Source of the DNA: Nemertoderma westbladi | Lineage: Eukaryota > Animalia > Xenacoelomorpha | Reading direction: 5' to 3' | Length of the DNA stretch: 64,000 nt | Assembly: GCA_032718475.1 (NCBI GenBank) | Contig: JAUCBJ010008443.1 | Coordinates: 22,643 to 86,642, forward strand | Shown here: positions 57,235 to 64,000 of the stretch, one piece after another | Layout: each line of letters starts with the position of its first letter | How positions within the stretch are numbered: position 1 is the stretch's first letter | Translations under genes and position numbers: made by a program | The notes under the pieces: model-generated | Database searches by the model: none | What the model was told of the DNA's origin: nothing | The model's input: the letters and a program-made list of their open reading frames with translations, nothing else

Positions 57235-59664
57235 ATCTGGAAATGGATTGTTTTCGGCTGGAACCCAGTTCAAGAAGCGAACTGGAAAGCTATGGACTCA
57301 TAGTGGACCCAGTGGTCACAAGTCCCAGATAGACCATATTCTGTTTCGTAGGAAATACAGGAGCTCTATACAAGACTGTAATGCATTTACACTTCGACCC
57401 TTCTCCAGTGATCACCGCCTTATTGTGGCCAAGGTAAGACTTAGTCTGCGTGCTAGCAGAACAACGAAATCTGCCTTGCCACGGCATGACTGGTCCTCTC
57501 TGTTGCAACAGCCAAGTGTGAGATCCAGCTTCACACTACAGCTGAGCAACAGGTATGAGGCTCTTGCCTCTGAGGCGGCAGATCACTGTGAGGGCTATAC
57601 TGCCTTTACAGAAGCAGTTAAGTTAGCAGCTGCAGAAACAGTTCCTGTATACCCTCGAAACAGGAAAAGGGCCCCCTGGACTGACAACAAAATTCAGAAG
57701 TGCCGAAATGACCTTCATAAGGCGCAGAAAGAGTCCCGACTCAAACAGACTACAGCGGCCAAGAATGCAGTTAAAGCTGCATCTAGGTCCCTGAACAGGC
57801 AGTACTCTGTTAATCTACAGGAGCTAATAAACCAACAGGTTGATGCCATCAATGATGCTGACGACAGCAGGCAATCATCACAGGCATGGAAATCGATCAA
57901 TCTGCTTACTGGGCGGAAAAGCCAACCAACCACCAAGGTTAAGGCTGAATCACCAGCCGATCGCCTCAATGGTTGGAAAGACCACTTTGAAAAGCTCCTC
58001 AATAATGACAGGGTATTGCCTGATAACTTTATAGAAGTAAAAGTGTCTGAGTCTGTACTCCCAGATATTCCCATTGGCGATATCTCCTTTGCAGAAGTGA
58101 AGGCTGCTGCAAAGAGCATTAAGACCAATCGTGCCAGTGGAGTAGATGGTGTTCCCCCTGAGGTCTTTAAAATACCTGAGTGTTTAAAGCTCATCTATCC
58201 CATCATAGTAGACATGTACCGTACAACAAGAGTCCCACAAGAAATGAAAACAAATAAGTTGGTGCCAGTTCCCAAGAAGGGCAACCTAACACTCTATGGT
58301 TCTTTTCGGGGAATCTCATTGATATCGATTGCTGCAAAACTATACAATAGAATTCTATTAAATCGCGTCAGGGATCCCATTGAGAGACTGCTACGTGGAA
58401 ATCAGAATGGGTTCCGTAAAGGTCGTGGGACCATGGAGCCCATTTTGGCACTTAGAAGGATAATTGAAGAGTTATCAAAAAAGAAAGACAGGCATCTGGC
58501 TGTTATCTTTGTTGACTTCTTCAAGGCCTTTGATTCAGTCTCTCGCTCACGTATGTTCAGCATACTTTCATTATATGGGATTCCTGATGAAATTATTGCA
58601 GCAATCAGATCAGTATACGATGGTTCGACAACATTTGTGTCTACTGTTGACGGTGACACAGAACCATTTGAAGTGTTATGGGGCGTCCTCCAAGGAGACA
58701 CACTTGCACCATTCTTGTTCATTATTGTGGTTGACTATGTTCTACGCATGTCCTTAGATCATCATAATGATGATGGGGTGATGATAACTCCACCTACTGG
58801 CTCCAGAAGTCGAGGAAATCCTGCCAAGTACCTAACTGATCTAGACTTTGCTGATGACTTAGGAGTACTCTCAGAATCATTAGAGGGAGCCCAGCGGCTC
58901 CTCAGCTCATTAGAACATGCTGCTTCTAGTGTTGGTCTTTTTATTAACTCCAGAAAGACCAAAATTCTGACAGTTAACTTTGAAAGTCCTCAGCAAGTCT
59001 CTGATCGGATGAGCATAAGCTCAAAGGATGGTATGCTTGAGCATGTGGACGACTTCTGTTACCTGGGATCATGGATCCGGAAGTCAGGTGAGGACCTTCG
59101 AATACGTAAGGGAAAGGCATGGGCAGCCTTGAATAGGCTTTCCAGGATTTGGAAGTCACCTAGAATTAATCGGAAACTTAAGGTCCGATTATTTAGAGCA
59201 GCAGTAGTTCCAGTACTCCTCTACGGGAGTCCATGCTGGGCTCTAACTGCTGAGGACACCAAATCTCTGGATGGCACATTCACAAGAATGCTACGCCGGG
59301 TACATTGTGTCAAGTACAATGCACACATCTCCAACCAGACACTATATAACATTGGAGGTGTCTCATTGGTTCCCCCAAGCTTGACACTAGAACAAAATCG
59401 CCTCCGCTTTGCAGGACATTGCTTTCGCCGTGAGGACCAGCCAGTGCATAATCTTGTACTATGGCAGCCTCATGGAGTGAATAAGCATGGTGGACAGCCC
59501 ATGACTTTCTTGAGACGCATCTTAAAGGACACTGGCCTTAAAGATGCGGATGATCTAGCAAATGTCATGGGTGATAGGGAGTTGTGGCGGTGCAATTTTG
59601 TTGACAAGCCGGCACAGCATTCTTAAAAATGCAGCTGCAATGCAGCATGCCGATCCTAGTAGTA
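57235..59664 (+). mobile_element. 5'-truncated young copy of the main RTE family with open frame
   Basis: ORF 57248-59626 is nearly identical to copy 1 (both end WRCNFVDKPAQHS); TAGTAGTA tail. Confidence 0.95.
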
Positions 59665-60104
59665 CTTTCGTCCCCGTACGATTAATATTAGCCGAGTTAT
59701 AGCGGATCCCGCAAAGTCATTTTGTCCGTTTTTTCAACTTTGACGGACATTTTCGGAAAAAAGGCGTGGTAATCTTTTTTGAAAAAAAAAACGAATTCAC
59801 TAATTAATCCCTTCTATCGTATCCCGGCGTCGGCTAAGCAATAACCTAGGGTTTTTTCGAGCCACTGTAGAGCGCCTTTCAAAAAATTTTTAAAATTGTC
59901 GAAAAAATGACGGATTTTTGTCCGCCGTGTCCGTCGAAGGGTTAGATTTAATAATGTTAGAGTTGCTAATATCTTAGAATTCCGAGCCGCTCCCCTGGTG
60001 AGAAAATAAAAAAATTTGGTCTGTTCCTTCATCGAAAAGTCCCCCAGAATCCCAAGTTAACCTATATAGTTAGCGATGGCCTGCGGCTTTAGGAGCGGCC
60101 GCGG

Positions 60105-61734
60105 TATTCACCTCCCTCATAGCGGCCGCGGCGGTGTTGCGTCAAATGGAGAAATATTTATCCCACCGAGAGAAAGCCGCCCCAATATTAGATTATAACA
60201 ACAACATTTCCATTTGGTAAGAAAGTGGAGAAGAGCCAGGCCCGACTCTCAATTTTTTAGTTTATATTACGCGATCAATTTTCACTCATCTCGTCATGAA
60301 CCCAACATGTATGTAACCTTTTGTTAAATTTGTTGGCTATGCGTTTGCGGTTGTTTGGGCGGAGTGTGGTAGGCCTACACTTTTCACACTGAAACATTTT
60401 GGTTGTGAAATGTTCAGGGCACAGCGATCAGAGATATTTCATATATATTTTATTATGAGAGGAAGAAGAACATACAACGTTATTTACTATATTATATGTA
60501 ACGAAATAATTGTTTTTGGGTTTGGAAGCCTCCCCAAAGAGTTGATATACGATTATATTTAAAATTATTTCCATGGTCATGGTCATTCACCCGTCTTTAA
60601 TTAGAAATTTGTTTGCATGAAAGACAGTTTAGTTTAGTTTTTACTGATTTATTATCTCTTATCTGACTGGGGTAATAATAAAGTATAGGATAAATGGAAG
60701 CAAAATGTGACAGTAACAAATATTTCCCCGTCACCCTAGCATGTCTTAAGTATACGATATCTAAAAGGGGGAAGTTTGGATTCACTGCATAAATGCAGTT
60801 CACCAAACTTCCCCCGAATGCACACTGTAACTTCCCCCTTCCCCCAAATATCCACTGTTGAATTAATTTGAAGCGATATAATACTGTAAGTACAAAATTG
60901 TGCGAGTTTTTAATTGTGTGGTCCATTTGTTATTTGATCTCTATTTATTGTTTAAAGTGCATTTAATATCACACTGGTTTTTTAGAATATTACAACATTA
61001 TGTTTTATTTATTAACCCAATCGAAGCCTTAATAAGGGCCGCTTATTTGTACGCATATCCCTAATGCGCTCAGTATGAGCCAAACAACATATTAATATGA
61101 AAATAAAGTATCTGCAAAGAAAAGAACCCAATGCTATATAATTTGACCTTATTAAAAAATTTGCACTTTTGCACACTTATTTGTACAAGTGCACTTCAGC
61201 AGATCGTAATGGTGGTTCTTATTTAACAAACTTATGTTTATCCTCTACCGATCTACGATGGTGTATGATCCAGTGTCAGTCACTAAAAGTGTAAAAAATC
61301 TAATTTAATAAATCGCGACATTTGCGATTTTGGACCATATTCATGGGCATTTTAAGTCACTTTATATACATAAAAAGTTAAACAAATGTTACGATTATAG
61401 TTAGAAATCACTCCAAACTACATTTTAATCCAAAAAATAACATTCTACGATGAATAGAACTGGAAATAATAGTGTTTGAAATATCGAAAAAATGTGTACT
61501 TTTTAAGTGCATTATGCACTAAGTGCACATGCGTCTTTTCCCAAGTTGTATCCTATTTCACACACTACAATCTATCCTCTATCCAATGAAAAAAGTTTCA
61601 GATCAAACGGCCCAGTAGAACAGAAGTTATTGATGTTTAAAAATAATCACTCGAAAATTTCGAATTCTCTTGGTGGGATAAATATTTCTCCATTTGACGC
61701 AACACCGCCGCGGCCGCTATGAGGGAGGTGAATA
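60105..61734. mobile_element. 1.63-kb non-autonomous element with ~65-bp terminal inverted repeats, flanked by GCGGCCGCGG on both sides
   Basis: TATTCACCTCCCTCATAGCGGCCGCGGCGGTGTTGCGTCAAATGGAGAAATATTTATCCCACC(G/A)AGAG at 60105 and its reverse complement ending at 61734; direct repeat at 60095-60104 and 61735-61744. Confidence 0.75.
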
Positions 61735-61783
61735 GCGGCCGCGGCGGTGTTGCGTCAAATGGAGAAATATTTATCCCACCAAG
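61669..61783. repeat. Perfect 52-bp-arm hairpin with an 11-nt loop
   Basis: 61669-61720 is the exact reverse complement of 61732-61783; loop GAGGGAGGTGA. Confidence 0.93.
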
Positions 61784-62369
61784 GTGGGCCCCTCAATGAA
61801 AATATACTTTACGAAAGACCACGAGGTAAAGGGAAAAGCGAGGGAAGGGGTAAGGGAGGAGGAAGACAGACACTGGTCGAGTGACAGGGAGTGGAGTACA
61901 GCTGGACTCGTTATTTTTATATTAATTTTTGTTTTAAACGACATATTATTTTCCTCGAAGTGAATCCTTCCCCTTTATAACTCACCAAAATAAATAAACA
62001 CTACTAGGTCGTTTGTATACGATATGTGGTCTGCGAGTTATAGTCAACGAAACATTTCAGCTCTGAAATTATAATTGTGAATTAATAAGGCGTCTCTGTT
62101 ATGATCTATATAGAATATATGGTTGTTGATACCCTTATACTGTAACAATGGATTCTAGATTTCATTTATGGGTAAATCCCTACAGATGTTGATGTATTAA
62201 AAATTACTCCAGAACCACAGTTCGAAGTTCAGCATTTTATACCACTCACCATTGCGTATAAATTTTACAGTATAATATTGTTAATCTGACTTAAGTCGTT
62301 TAGGTTGAACAAAGTCTACATAGTAAACAACAGGTCCTCCAAAGAATGTGCCTTTGGTATATTATATTA

Positions 62370-64000
62370 CGAAGGGGGAAGTTAGAATCACTGCATAAAT
62401 GCAGTTCATCTAACTTCCCCCAAATATCCACTGTTGAATAAAATTGAAGCGACATATTAAGTCCAACAAGGTGCGAGTTTTTTAATAAATTGTGTGGTCC
62501 ATTTGTTATCTGAACTCTATTTATTGCTTAAAGTTCATTTAAGATCACATTGGTTTTTAGAATATTACAACCTTATTTATTATTAATTTAACCAATCAAA
62601 CCATTATAAGGACCGGTTATTTGTACACATACTCCTAATGCGCCCAGTAAGGTCCAAACAACATATTAATATGAAAATAAAGTATCTGCAACGAAAAGAA
62701 CCCAATAATACACCATTTGACCTTATTAAAAAAATTGCACATTTGCGCACATAATTGCACAAGTGCACTTTATCGGATCCTAAACGTGGTTCCTATTTAA
62801 CACACTTATGTCTATCCTCTACCGATCTACGATGGTGCATGATCAAGTGTCAGTCGCTAAAAGTGTCAAAAATCCAATTTAATAAATCGCGACATTTGCG
62901 ATTTTGGACCATATTCATGGACATTTTAAGTCACTTTATAGACATAAAAAGATAAACAAATGTTAAGATTATAGTTAGAAATCACTCCAAACTACATTTT
63001 AATCCAAATAATAACATTCTAGGATGTATAGAACTTGAAATAATAGTGTTTGAATTATCGAAAAAATGTGCACTATTTAAGTGCATTTTTCACTAAGTGC
63101 ACATGCGTCTTTTCCCAAGTTGTATCCTATTTCAAACACTACAATCTATCCTCTATCCAATGAAAAAAGTTTCAGATCAAACGGCCCAGTAGAACCGAAG
63201 TTATTGATGTTTAAAAATAGTCACTCGAAAATTTCAAAATCACTTGGTCACATAGTCTAGTGGTTATCAATCACGTTAATGAAACCTAAGTTCGCGGGTT
63301 CGAAATCCAATATTGGCCATTCTTAATTTTTTGCAAAAAATTTTTTTTTTATTTTTTCACTAAAATCGCTCTAACTTCTGTTCTGGTGGTCCAAATTCAA
63401 TAAAATTTGTATATTCTTTGCCGTAATTTTTTTTTCTATCTTTTGAGAGGGGGTCATTTTTGGCCCCAAAAAAAAATGAAAAAAAGGGCCAAAATTACGC
63501 GATATTTTTCGGCCCTTAAAATTTATGATTTTAATTATAAATGTTAAGAAAAAAGATAGCGGAGGTAATTTTCTACATTTTAAATGTACTTTTGGAGCAA
63601 TACACTAAATTATAATGGAGTAGCGATTTATTAAAAATAAAATTTTTTTTGCCCCTTTTTATAAATATTTTATTTCACACGATCGTCTACCGCACCAGTT
63701 GTATAATAGCTACGGCGTTGTAACTAACGCTGAAAGATAGATAATTTAACGCTCTATAAGAATGTTTAAATACGTTTCCCAGACGTTGAGTAGTTTTTGA
63801 GCTACACGTGTTCCCGCGCAGCCAGTTTGAAACGCTAAATTTTAATATTGGCCCTCATTTTTTTTATATCATTTGCGCAGCAAAACCAATCGAATATTTG
63901 GATTGCCCGTATTAATATTAACCGTATAAAATGCACCTTAACCTTCTAGAGTCAAAAATTTAAAAGTTATTAGTTATAAATCATTTATCAGTTTCTGGCC
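62370..64000. mobile_element. AT-rich interspersed repeat, copy 3 (more diverged, runs off the window end)
   Basis: Colinear with 55280-56950, including the tRNA-like segment. Confidence 0.75.

Larger units (their letters stand above)
54684..60065. mobile_element. AT-rich non-coding interspersed repeat, copy 1 (probable non-autonomous DNA element), interrupted by an RTE
   Basis: 54684-56195 aligns by eye with 60165-61674, and 55280-56950 with 62370-64000; no ORF; right boundary uncertain. Confidence 0.7.

Noticed and set aside
52180-64000. Next dynein exon (expected VKVGDKE-like start)
   Set aside because: No matching exon found by eye; presumably beyond the window.

Overview
Eukaryotic (most likely animal) genomic DNA lying entirely inside one plus-strand axonemal outer-arm dynein heavy chain gene (DNAH5/DNAH8, gamma-type). 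Four exons are recognisable: 19583-19735, 28031-28150, 34723-34917 and 52024-52179. All are phase 0 with GT-AG boundaries and encode the stalk/MTBD to AAA5 region, only 624 coding nt in 64 kb. The 6.6-19+ kb introns hold six segments of one young RTE-clade LINE (one full length, with intact ORF and 7-bp TSD), a second RTE, CR1/L2-type LINE relics, a Penelope GIY-YIG fragment with a hammerhead-like motif, AT-rich DNA-transposon-like repeats and many tandem arrays. The main unusual signal is that the arrays are unrelated to each other and several demonstrably grew in place from local unique sequence. The 62-bp satellite appears to be the dynein's own upstream exon end plus splice donor amplified ~250 times. 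A 21-bp triplet spans a splice acceptor. The 15-bp and 56-bp arrays grew inside a CR1/L2 element, and a near-perfect 4-kb (GGGCAT)n tract grew from the KAWA codons of an RTE reverse transcriptase. About 95-100 conserved dynein residues appear to be missing across an intron that contains a 1-kb-arm RTE fold-back palindrome. Homology calls rest on motif recognition and a recalled DNAH5 sequence, not on database searches; copy numbers are length divided by period.
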